From NCBI RefSeq assembly GCF_026626685.1, contig NZ_JAPNJX010000021.1:169329-233328 (forward strand): a stretch of 64,000 nt of DNA, in the 5' to 3' direction. Below are positions 16,755-27,500 of this stretch, piece by piece. The notes under the pieces are model-generated. The model had not been told where the DNA came from, ran no database searches, and saw only the letters and a list, made by a program, of their open reading frames with translations. Numbering within the stretch: position 1 is the first letter of the stretch; every line of letters starts with the position of its first letter. The position numbers and the translations under genes are program-made. Origin of the DNA: Nannocystis sp. SCPEA4 (GTDB lineage: Bacteria > Myxococcota_A > Polyangia > Nannocystales > Nannocystaceae).

Positions 16755-18548
16755 GTGCTCTCCCCGACTCTCGCGTTGCGCTGCCCACATTGCCAGCACG
16801 CGCTCGGGCTCGCCGACATCCGCGGTGCCGCCACCTGCCCGGCCTGCGGTCAGGATCACGGTCTGCCGCCGGCCGTCGCCGACGCGCTCGCCCTGTACGA
16901 GCGGGCCATCCAGCAGGCCGTCAGCGATCTGGTCCGCAGCGCACCTGTCCCAACAGTCAGCCCGGAGCCCGACCCCGATCCCGCGGAAATCGCGCCGGCC
17001 CAGACCCGAGCCTACGCGCCCAGCGAGCCGGGCCCCTCGGCCAGACTGCTCGGCGCGCCGGTCCATCCCACCACCCTGCTGGCGATCGGCCCCGCCCCCG
17101 CGCCGCCCGCCCCCGGTCCCGCGAATCCTGTCCCCAAGGACAGCTACGAGCCGATGCCGGGCGAGACCATGCGCGCGCCGGTCCCCGCCAGGCCCGGCCC
17201 CGCCACCCTGTCGGGCCAGCTCGCCGCCCGCCCGCCGGTCCCCGGGCACAAGCCCGGCTCGCTCGCGGCCGAGCTGGCCGCCGGCCTCGCCGCCGAGGGC
17301 CTCGCCGCCGAGCCGGCCCCGGCCAGCGTGTTCGCCCACCTCTCGCCGCCCGCCGACCCACCTGTCCCTGCGGACAGCCACCCGTCGCCTGTCCCTGCGG
17401 CCAGCCTCGAACGCCCTGTCCCTGCGGCCAGCCCACATGTCCCTGCGGACATGTCCCCCGACGTCCCGCTCCTGCCGGCCTTCGACCCGGCGGCCCTGTC
17501 CGGCCCGCTGCCGGCCCCGCAACCACCTGCCCTTTCGACCAGCCCCGTCGGCGCCGGCGACACCATCCCCGGCACCGGCCCCTCGAACTCCTCGCTGCTG
17601 GCGATCCTCTACAACCGCTCCGGCGCCAGCCTGAGCACCCCCTCGTCGACGGCAGGCCTGGCCGCCCCGCCCGGCGGGCTGGCCGAGGCGCCGCTGCTGG
17701 TCACCGCCGTGCGCGATCCGGCCGACGGTCCACCTGTCCGATCGACCAGCGAGCTCGTCGCCGCCGTCCGCTCCTTCCTCCCCGATCGGCCCGACGCCGC
17801 CGAGCCCGAGCCCGAGGGCCGGATCCCCGCCAGCGCCCTCGCCGTGGCCCGCCGGGCCCTCCTGGCCCGCCACGCCGACGAGCGCCGCCAGCAGCAGGTC
17901 CGCGACGGCGGCTCCGGCCTGCTGCTCGCCGCCGTCGTCTGCCTCGTCCTCGTCGCGTTCGGCCTGTGGTACGTCGCCGCCCCGATCGCCGTGCTCGCCG
18001 TCCTCCTCCGCCTGCGCCGGGAGGAGCGCGGCGAGCGGTTCGGCGCCGAGGTCCAGCGCCTCGGCGAGGCCCTCGGCGGCCAGCGCCTGCCCAGCTACGA
18101 CGCCATCGCCGCGTGGTTCGACGGCCTGTGGCCCGCCCCCGTCAGCCCCGAGGCGATGTGGACCAGCCACCTGCACGGGGCCGTCCGCTGCCACGTCCAC
18201 GGCTACGCCGCCCTGGTCGACGTCCACCTGAACGAAAAGACAGCCGGCGGCGTCGTCTACCCGCCGCGGATCACCGCCTACCTGGCGGCGATCTGGCCCG
18301 GCCGCGTGCCGACGCTGCGCCCGTCCGCCACCGACCTCTCGCCGGAGGCCCAGGCCCGCCTCACGCGCCTGCGCAAGGCCGGCTACACCGTCGTCGCCGA
18401 CGGTCACGGCGGCCTCATCATGCGCGCCAGCGAGTCGATCGCCCAGGCCGCGCGGGCCGACATCACCCGCCTGCCCGCGCTGCAGGTCCCGATCGGCGAG
18501 CTCGCCGACCTCGCCCGCGATCTCGGCGCCGAGCCGGTCGTCCCGTAG
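16755..18548 (+). CDS. Zn-ribbon (CPHC..CPAC) / Pro-rich linker / single-TM / C-terminal domain protein of unknown function
   Basis: The N-terminus carries a CxxC-x17-CxxC pattern. A ~300-aa Pro/Ala-rich region has PVPAD/PVPAAS repeats encoded by CCTGTCCCTGCGGACAG-type DNA repeats. The TM helix is LLLAAVVCLVLVAFGLWYVAAPIAVLAVLL. Confidence 0.6.
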   Translation: MLSPTLALRCPHCQHALGLADIRGAATCPACGQDHGLPPAVADALALYERAIQQAVSDLVRSAPVPTVSPEPDPDPAEIAPAQTRAYAPSEPGPSARLLGAPVHPTTLLAIGPAPAPPAPGPANPVPKDSYEPMPGETMRAPVPARPGPATLSGQLAARPPVPGHKPGSLAAELAAGLAAEGLAAEPAPASVFAHLSPPADPPVPADSHPSPVPAASLERPVPAASPHVPADMSPDVPLLPAFDPAALSGPLPAPQPPALSTSPVGAGDTIPGTGPSNSSLLAILYNRSGASLSTPSSTAGLAAPPGGLAEAPLLVTAVRDPADGPPVRSTSELVAAVRSFLPDRPDAAEPEPEGRIPASALAVARRALLARHADERRQQQVRDGGSGLLLAAVVCLVLVAFGLWYVAAPIAVLAVLLRLRREERGERFGAEVQRLGEALGGQRLPSYDAIAAWFDGLWPAPVSPEAMWTSHLHGAVRCHVHGYAALVDVHLNEKTAGGVVYPPRITAYLAAIWPGRVPTLRPSATDLSPEAQARLTRLRKAGYTVVADGHGGLIMRASESIAQAARADITRLPALQVPIGELADLARDLGAEPVVP

Positions 18549-19093
18549 TCGCCGAGCCCCCACGTCGGGTCCGCCTCGGCCTCGTATTCGCGGCTCGAAC
18601 AAGAACCGACCCGCGCAGCAGCCCACCCATCCCGGCCCCCGCGTTTCTGGCCCGGAACGGTCTCCTGCGAGGGCTCGAGTCGCCGCAACGAGCCGCCACC
18701 CGACATGGAAACGTGTCGGTTTGGAATCGCGGTGGAAACGTCGCCGGTGCTCAAGCCCGTCGGTGACGTTGGCGCTCGCGACCGCCGCCTCGATCAGCCG
18801 CGCCTTCCGGGGTTCTCGCCAATCCGACGGTTGTGCCTCGTACATTGCGGGGAGCCCGGAAGCGCGAAAACGGCCCTCTGTTCCCGAACCAGGCCATTTG
18901 CGCCCCTGCATCGCTTCGAGGCCGTCGAGCCACCGACGCCGGCGCCCCCAAGGGCGCGAAAAAAGTTCGAAGTTTTTTGGATCGCAACGGGAGGGTCCTG
19001 GCTCTTCACCCTCGAGCCTCGCAATGGCCGGTCGTCCTCCGACGAAACCTGAACCCGGCGGGCCCATCCACCCCGAGGCTCGAGATCCCCGCC

Positions 19094-21037
19094 ATGACCT
19101 CTCAGAAAAAACCTTCGCCTGGCGAGAGCCGGTCCCCTGTCGCGCTGACGCTCGATCGACGCGGCTTCCTCAGGGTGGGCGCCACGCTCGGCGCCGGCTT
19201 TTTGCTGCCCGATCTCACAGGTTGCAGTTCGGTCGATGACGACAATCCGCAACCGGTCGACAATGGAGAGCTCTTCACGCCGGCCAGCGTCCGCTCCCGG
19301 GACGGCCTCCTCGACATCGAGCTGACCATCACCGAGATCGAGGTGACGGTGGGCCAGTATACGTTCATGACCCGCGCGTACACGGGTCTCAAGGTCAATC
19401 ACGGGGAGTCGAGCCTCGGCGATACGACGTATACGGGGACGGTCCCGGGCCCGAGCATCGAGCTCCGCCCGGGTGATAAGCTCAAGCTGAAGCTCATCAA
19501 CGGCCTTCCGGACGACGGCAGCGCCGTGGACCCGCAGGACTGCGCCATGGGCAGCGGCGGCGGCGGGCACGGCGGCGGCGGGCACGGAGCGGGCACGCAC
19601 AACAACACCACCAACCTCCACACGCACGGCCTGCACGTCGACCCCGGGCCGCCCGGAGACGACGTCTTCCTGAGGATCGGTCCTGGTGAAAGCTACGACT
19701 TCGTCTTCGATATCCCGCGAGACATCGACATGCCGGACGGGACGAAGGCCAATCATCCCGCCGGGACCTATTGGTACCACCCGCACATGCACGGATCGAC
19801 GGCGATCCAGGTGGCAGGTGGCATGGTCGGGGCGATCATCATTCGCGACGAAGAGCGAGACGACCTCGACAAGCTGTTTGCTACCGAGCCCGGTCCGGGG
19901 CAGGGCAAGGAGCAGCTCCTCGTCGTCGGCGAGTACATGATCCAGACCAAGGATTCGTGCGACGGGAAGACCCGCCTCGCTACGTATGGGGAGATGGGCC
20001 ACTCCGGTCCCCTTTCTCCTGGCGTCGACGATTTCTTCCACATCAACGGTCAGCTCAATCCGATCCTGCGCATGCGCCCGAGCGAGGTGCAGCGCCTTCG
20101 TGTGCTTCATACGGGCTTTCGTGCCCCGCTGGACGTCGCCTTCCTCCGCGTGCCGGACGATCAGGTGGACTCCACGACGGCGCTGCCGAAGCCCGGCTAT
20201 GACCCGTTCGGCTATTCTTGCGCCTCATCGAACGGCCCGCCCATGCTCAACCGGGACGAGCTGCGAGCGAAGTCGGCCACGTACTACCAGGTCGCGACGG
20301 ACGGGGTCACGTACGGCGCGCCCCTGAAGATGCCGCTCGCCAACCCGGTCTCCGAGATCGAGTACGTCATCCCTCCGGGCGGCCGCGTGGACATGCTCGT
20401 CCAATTCGAAGCGGGCACCTACCAGATGGTGGCGCTCGGCTACCTCGACTTCGTCTGCTGGGCGCCGCAAGTCCTCGCCACCGTGGTCGTCTCGGGGGAG
20501 CCGGACACGAGGCTGCAGATCCCGCAGGTGCTCACGCCGCCAGCGCTTTACCCGCCGTTCGACGACATGTCGAAGCCTGGTAACGCGATCACGAACAAAC
20601 GCCAGGTCGAATTCGAGGTGACCCAGGACGCCGACGGAGCGCACTTCCTCATCGACGGCAGGACGTTCTGCGAGAGCCGTGTCGATCAGTGCATCCTCCT
20701 CGACGCCGTGGAGGAATGGACAATCATCAACAAGTTCACCGATACGGCGGGCGAGTCGATTCATCCCTTCCACATCCATGTCAACTCGTTCCTCGTGACG
20801 TCCATCAACGGGAAGACGCCGGCACAGCCCATCTGGCGCGACACGTGTCTCATCCCCACGAGCGGCACGAACGCCGACGGCACCCTCACGTTCCTGTCGC
20901 GTTTCCTGCATTTCCAGGGACAGTACGTGCTGCACTGCCACATTTTGGAGCACGAGGATGAAGGCATGATGCAGCTCGTCGAGGTGCAGGAGGCGGCATG
21001 CCCGGCGCCGCCGACAGACGACTCTTGCGAGACCTGA
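19094..21037 (+). CDS. Multicopper oxidase (laccase/CueO-like) with Tat signal peptide
   Basis: The signal is RRGFLRVGATLGAGFLL (twin-arginine). The copper ligands are HTHGLHV, WYHPHMHG, HPFHIHVN and HCHILEHEDEGMM. Start placed at the in-frame ATG 19094 (MTSQKKPSPG). Confidence 0.8.
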   Translation: MTSQKKPSPGESRSPVALTLDRRGFLRVGATLGAGFLLPDLTGCSSVDDDNPQPVDNGELFTPASVRSRDGLLDIELTITEIEVTVGQYTFMTRAYTGLKVNHGESSLGDTTYTGTVPGPSIELRPGDKLKLKLINGLPDDGSAVDPQDCAMGSGGGGHGGGGHGAGTHNNTTNLHTHGLHVDPGPPGDDVFLRIGPGESYDFVFDIPRDIDMPDGTKANHPAGTYWYHPHMHGSTAIQVAGGMVGAIIIRDEERDDLDKLFATEPGPGQGKEQLLVVGEYMIQTKDSCDGKTRLATYGEMGHSGPLSPGVDDFFHINGQLNPILRMRPSEVQRLRVLHTGFRAPLDVAFLRVPDDQVDSTTALPKPGYDPFGYSCASSNGPPMLNRDELRAKSATYYQVATDGVTYGAPLKMPLANPVSEIEYVIPPGGRVDMLVQFEAGTYQMVALGYLDFVCWAPQVLATVVVSGEPDTRLQIPQVLTPPALYPPFDDMSKPGNAITNKRQVEFEVTQDADGAHFLIDGRTFCESRVDQCILLDAVEEWTIINKFTDTAGESIHPFHIHVNSFLVTSINGKTPAQPIWRDTCLIPTSGTNADGTLTFLSRFLHFQGQYVLHCHILEHEDEGMMQLVEVQEAACPAPPTDDSCET

Positions 21038-21546
21038 CGAGTCTCCTTCCCTCCACGGAGGACCGCTCCCCGGACCTTCGGCGTCCTCGCCCACTGCGTT
21101 GAATACCCGTGGCGAGCCGTGGAGCGCTGACGGGCGCGTCACGGTGCTCGCCGACGCACGTGAGCGTGCAATCGCACTCTGCACTGGCCAGTTGGGCGCC
21201 CAGTGGGCGCCCGCCCACCGCTCGATGACGCCAGCACCACGGCTCGTTCATTTCCCCCGATCAATCCGCCATTTCCGATGATGTCTTTTCTCTCTTCGAA
21301 GACGAGCCGAATGTGAACGCGGTTTCCCTCGATGACGGCAAGCTCCAGACCACTGCAGGGCGTCAGCGACGGCGGCACCGCCATCGCACTCGAGGGTGAG
21401 GGAGGCGAGGTTGCCGAAGTCGATCACGAAGGGCCGGTGGATCGAGGGTCAACCCTCGGGCACGGGCATGGTGCATCCCGTGATCGGCACGATGCTCGGT
21501 ATGACCTGCGCGCGGATGGACGCCAGGGGAATCGATCAGGAATAGC

Positions 21547-24500
21547 ATGAGCATGCACGACGAGAGCCGGGACGTTCGCGGGATCGAGCCGAGGTCGGAG
21601 CACAATGTCGCGGCGCAGCAGGATGCAGGCAGCCCCGACGCTGAAGAGGTGCTCCTCTGGGCCGCCGTGGCCGACCCGAACAGCCCGATCGGGCACCTGC
21701 CGCTGCTCGCCTCGGGCGAGCTGCGTCAGCTCGCGGTGTGGAACGACACGGCGGTGGCGTATCCGCCGGCGAGGTGCATCCACGAGTTGTTCGAGGACCA
21801 GGCCGCGCGGACGCCGGACGCGGTGGCCCTGGTGTTCGGCGACCAGCAGCTGACGTACCGCGAGCTCGACGAGCGCTCGAACCAGCTGGCCCATCATCTC
21901 CGCGGGCTGGGCGTGGGGCCGGAGGTGCTGGTCGGGCTGTGCGTCGAGCGCTCGCTCGAGATGCTCGTGGGGCTGCTGGCGATCCTCAAGGCGGGCGGCG
22001 CCTACGTGCCGCTCGACCCGAGCTATCCGCGCGAGCGCCTGGCCTTCATGCTGAACGACGCCCGACCCGCCGTGCTGCTCACGCAGGCGCGCCTGCGTGA
22101 CAGCCTTCCGGCGCACGAGGTGGTGGTCGTGCACCTCGATGCGCCCGCGTGGCAGCACCTGCCGCGTACGTCCCCTGCGGTCCACGTCGGGCCGGATCAC
22201 GCGATCTACGTCATCTACACGTCGGGCTCGACGGGACGACCCAAGGGCGTGCTCAACACCCATCGCGGGCTCTACAACCGCCTGCGCTGGATGCAGCGGG
22301 CCTACGGGCTCAACGCGAGCGACGCGATCCTGCAGAAGACGCCGCTGTCGTTCGACGTGTCCGGCTGGGAGCTGTGGTGGCCGCTGCTCGAGGGCGCCCG
22401 CATGGTGATCGCCGCGCCCGAGGGACACAAGGATCCGCGCTACCTCGCGGCCCTCATCGCGGCACGCGGCGTCACCGTGGCGCACTTCGTACCGTCGATG
22501 CTCGGCGTGTTCCTGGCGGCGACCGAGCCCAGAGAACGCGCGTCGCTGCGCCACGTCTTCGCCAGCGGCGAGGCGTTGCCGGGGCACTTGCGGGACGCCT
22601 GGTATGCGGGCAGCCGCGGCGCGCTCCACAACCTGTACGGCCCGACCGAAGCCGCGATCGACGTCACGAGCCATGCCTGCCAGGCCGAGGAGACGGGGCC
22701 GGTGCCGATCGGACGGCCGATCGACAACACCCGCACCTACGTGCTCGACGCTGCATTTCGCCCTGTCCCCGTCGGCGTCGCAGGAGAGCTGTATCTGGCG
22801 GGCGTGCAGCTCGCACGCGGCTACCTCGGCCGCCCCGGACTGACGGCGGAACGATTCGTGCCCGATCCGTTCGCGCCCGAGCCCGGCGCACGCATGTATC
22901 GCACCGGCGACCTGGCGCGCTTTCGCGACGACGGCGCGCTCGAGTTCCTCGGCCGCATCGACCACCAGGTCAAGATCCGCGGCTTCCGCATCGAGCTCGG
23001 CGAGATCGAGGCCGCACTCGCGGCGTACCCGTCGGTGCGCGACTGCGTGGTCGTGGCCCGGGAAGACGCGACCGGCGACAAGCGGCTGGTGGCTTACGTG
23101 GTCGGCGACGACGCCACGGCGAACGAGCTGCGAGCGTGGCTCGGCGCGAGGGTGCCGGAGTACATGGTCCCCTCGGCGTTCGTCTGCCTCGACGCCCTGC
23201 CGCTGAACCCCAACGGCAAGGTCGATCGCAAGGCCCTGCCTTCACCCGAAACGACCCGTGGTTCGGCAGAGACCTACGTGGCTCCGCGGACCGACGTCGA
23301 GCGCGCCCTCGTGGGCATCTGGGAAGAGCTGCTCGAGGTCCGCCCCATCGGCGTCAGCGACAATTTCTTCCTGCTGGGTGGTCATTCGCTCCTCGCCTTT
23401 CGCGTCGTATCGGCCGTCCAGGCGCGACTCGGGGGTGCGCCGAGCCTGGCCGCGCTGTTTCGCAATCCGACGATCGAGGCGCTGGCGGCTCTCTGGGACA
23501 CGAGGGCGGAGCGGCCGCAGATCGGCCTCTCGCCGCGAGCCGACGGCGAGGCGCCGTTCGCGGGCCTGTCGGGCACGGAGCGGCGCATCTGGTTCCTCGA
23601 AAAACTGTCGCCCCAGGCGCGGTCGTACCAGATCCCGCACGTGTTCGAGGTGGCGTCCGCGCTCTCTGCTCCGGCGCTCGAGGCGAGCGTGCGCGCGCTG
23701 GCATTGCGCCACCAGATCCTCCGCACGACCTATCCGGAGGTGGACGGCACGCCGCGGCGGGAAGTGTCCGACGACGTGTGGATCCCGATCCGCGTGGAGG
23801 ACGTCTCGTCGCTGCCCGCGGCGGAGCGCGATGCGGCGTTGCAGGCGATGCTCGCCGCGGAGGTGGAGGGCCGCTTCGACCTGGAGCGCGGGCCGCTGAC
23901 CCGTGTCCTGGCCGTAAGGACAGCCGCGGACCGGCACGTCGTCGTCGTGCATCAGCACCACATTATCACCGACGAGTGGTCCTGGGGGCTGCTGCTCGCG
24001 GAGCTCTCGTCCCTGTACGAAGCGTCGCGCCGCGGGGAGACGCTCGCGCTGCCTGCCCTCGCCTACCAGTACTCGGATTATGCGCGCGCAGAGCGGTCGG
24101 CGCTCGCGGGCGACGGGCTCGCGGCGTCTCGGGCCCACTGGAAGGAGGCCCTCTCCGACGTACCGCGGCTCGACCTCTCGATCGTCGCTCCCGCTGCGGG
24201 AGCGGTCTCGGGGCCCGAAGGGCATGTCTCGCTCCGGCTATCGCCGGAGACGAGCCGCCAGCTGCAGGCGCTCGCGCACGAACATGCCGCGACCCCTTTC
24301 ATGGCCTGGTATGCCGCCCTCTCGGCGGTGCTGTCGCGGTACAGCGGCCAGCAGGACTTCGGGCTCGGCGCGGTGGTCGCGAATCGCCAGATCGTCGGGA
24401 CCGAGGCGATGCTGGGGTTCTTCACCAACACCGTCGTGCTGCGGACCGACCTCTCGGGCGATCCGACGTTCGACGAGCTGCTCGCGCGGGCGCGGCGGAC

Positions 24501-27500
24501 TGCCCTCGATGCCTATGAGCATCAGGCGCTGCCGTTCGACGTCGTCGTGCAGGATCAGGGGCTGTCGCGGCAGGCCGGCGAGAATCCGCTGTTCGACGTG
24601 ACCTTCTTCGAGGTGACGCCGCCGACGGCAACGGCCGGCTGGTCACCGCGGCTCGGCGCGGTGCCGCAGGGCGTGACCACCGCCAAGAACGCGCTGGCCG
24701 TGACCGTGCAGCACACGGTCGAGGGGACCGTCGTCGAGGTCCTGTACGACACGACGCGCGTGTCGCGAACGGCGGCGGAGCGCCTGTGCGGGCATTTGCA
24801 GACTCTGGTGATTGACGCGGCTGCGCACCCGAACAGGCGGGTGTCGCAGTTGGAGCTGCTCACCGACGAGGAGACCGAGAAGCTCGCGGCGTGGAACGAC
24901 ACGCCGCGGACCGATCCTGCCGCGCGGTGCATTCACGAGTTGATCGCCGAGCAGGCGATCAGGGCACCGCAGGCTGTCGCGCTCGAGCAGGACGGGCTGC
25001 AGCTGAGCTACGGCGAATTCGAGGCGCAGGCCAATCGGCTGGCGCACCACCTGCGCTCGCTCGGCGTCGGGCCCGAGGTCCGCGTGGCCCTTTGTGTCGA
25101 GCGCTCCTTCGACATGGTCGTGGGTCTGGTCGCGATCCTGAAGGCGGGAGGCGCGTTCGTGCCGCTCGACCCGTCGTCTCCGCCGGACAGGCTCACGCTG
25201 CTGCTGACCGAGGCCGAGGCGCCGGTGCTGCTGACGCACGCGGCCGTCGGGCTCTCGGCGCCGGGCGTGACGGTCGTGCGGCTCGACGTCGATGCAGCGC
25301 AGTGGGCGTCGCAGCCCATCACCCCGCCCGAGAGCGGCGTGATGCCCGAACACGCGAACTACGTCGTCTTCACCTCGGGTTCGACCGGCAAGCCCAAGCC
25401 CGTGATCAACGAGCATCGCGGACTCGCCGCCCGCGTCGCGTTCCAGCGCCAGCACATCCCCGTCCATCCCGGCGATCGCATCCTCTTCAGCGCCGCGGTC
25501 GCCTTCGACGGCGCGATCGTCGACTGGATGCTCTCGCTGTGCAACGGCGCCACCTGCGTGTTGCCCAGCAACGCTTACGACGCCGTCGAGGGCATCGCCG
25601 AGTGCCTCGAACACCGCGCCATCACGTTCTCCTTCATCCCCCCCGCGATGTTGCGCGCGCTCCGCTGCCGCGCGCCGGCGCTGCGCCACATCACCCTCGC
25701 GGGCGACAAGACGCCACCATCCCTTGTGGCTCAGTGGGCCGGGGGCCGCCAGGTCCTCAATTCCTATGGCCCCACGGAGTTCAGCATCTTCGCCGCGCAG
25801 GCCTGGTTCGATCCGGCTCGGCCGGAGAGGTTCTCGATCGGCCGACCCGTGCACGGGGTGCACCTCTACGTGCTCGACGCCGCGAAGCGGCAGGTCCCGA
25901 TCGGCATGCCCGGTGAGATCCACCTCGCCGGGGTCGGCCTCGCGCGCGGCTATTTGAATCGCCCCGCCATGACGGCCGAGCGGTTCGTGCCGGATCCGTT
26001 CGCGAAGGAGCCGGGCGCCCGCATGTACTGCACCGGCGACCTCGCGCGCTGGAACGAGGATGGCGAGCTCGAGTTCCTCGGCCGCGCCGATCATCAGGTC
26101 AAGATCCGCGGCTTCCGTGTCGAGCTCGGCGAGGTCGAGGCGGCCCTCTCGTCGCACGCCGCGGTGGCGTCATGCGTCGTCGTCGCGCGAGAGGATGCCC
26201 CGGGGAACGTGCGCCTCGTCGCCTACGTGGTGGCGAAGGATGGCGCGCTCACCGTGGGCTCGCTGCGCGAGCACCTGCGCAGCAACCTGCCCGACTACAT
26301 GCTCCCGTCGGCGTTCGTCTTCCTCGACGCGCTGCCGCTGTCCGCCAACGGCAAGGTCGATCGCAAGACCCTGCCTGTTCCAAAAGACACGCGGCAGGCC
26401 GCGGAGACCTCGTACGCCGCGCCGCGCACGGAAGCGGAGCGAGCGCTCGCGGAGGTGTGGTCGGAGGTGCTGCGCGCCTCGTCGGTGGGGATCCACGACA
26501 ACTTCTTCTCGCTGGGCGGAGATTCGATCCTGGCGATCCAGGTGGTGGGACGGGCCAAGCGAGCCGGCTTGCACGTGACGGTGCGCGACATGTTCATGCA
26601 CCAGACGGTCGCGGAGCTGGTGCAGGTGGCGCGCAGATCGAGCGCAGCCGTGGCCGAGCAGGCGGTGACCGGCGCGGCCCTGCTGACGCCGAGCCAGCAG
26701 TGGTTCCTGGGCAAGAACCCCGAAGAGGCGCACCACTTCAATCAGGCCTGTATGTGGACGCCGTCGTCGGCGCTGTCGCCCGCGACGGTGGCCGAGGCGC
26801 TGCAGGTCGTATCGCGGCAGCACGACGCGCTGCGATTGCGATATGATCATACCGAGTCCGGATGGGTGCAGAGCCACGCGGAAGCGGTCGCGCTGCCGCT
26901 CGAGCGGATGGACCTCTCGACGGTGCCGCCCGACGTACGCAGGGCGGCCGTGGAGGTGTCGGCGGACGCATTGCAGAGCGGCCTGTCGCTGTCCGCGGGC
27001 CCGGTGGCCCGCGCGGTGTGGCTGGATCTGGGCGAGGAGGGCGCGCGGCTGCTGCTCGTCGTGCACCACCTCGTGGTCGACGGCGTGTCGTGGCGGATCT
27101 TGCACGAGGACCTCGAGCGCACCTGCGAGGCCCTGCTGGCGGGACGGACGCCGGAGCTCGCGGCCAAGACGACCTCGTTCCGGCAGTGGTCGGAGCGGCT
27201 GCACGCATTCGTCGCTGCCGGCGGCCTGTCGCAGGAGCTCGGCTTCTGGCGAGCTCGATGTGCGCGGGGCATCACGCCGCTGCCGCGGGACCGCGAGGCG
27301 GCGCCGGGCACGGTCGGAGACAGCCGCACGGTGGACGTGGAGCTGTCCGAGGCAGAGACCCGGGTGCTCCTTCACGACGTGAGCGCGGCCTACCGCACCG
27401 AGATCAATGATGTCCTGCTCTCGGCGCTCGCAGCGGCGCTGAGCGGGTTCTGCAACACGGACACGGTGTGCGTCACGCTCGAAGGGCATGGACGCGAGGC

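Noticed and set aside
13290-19067. Track ORFs 13290..16202 (+, 970 aa), 15283..16536 (-), 16199..18766 (+, 855 aa), 16533..19067 (-, 844 aa)
   Set aside because: They are shadows of the M16 peptidase and the 16755 gene, or translations of the tandem-repeat array (GERVAVR repeats). They have no domain content and are Arg/Pro/Gly-rich.
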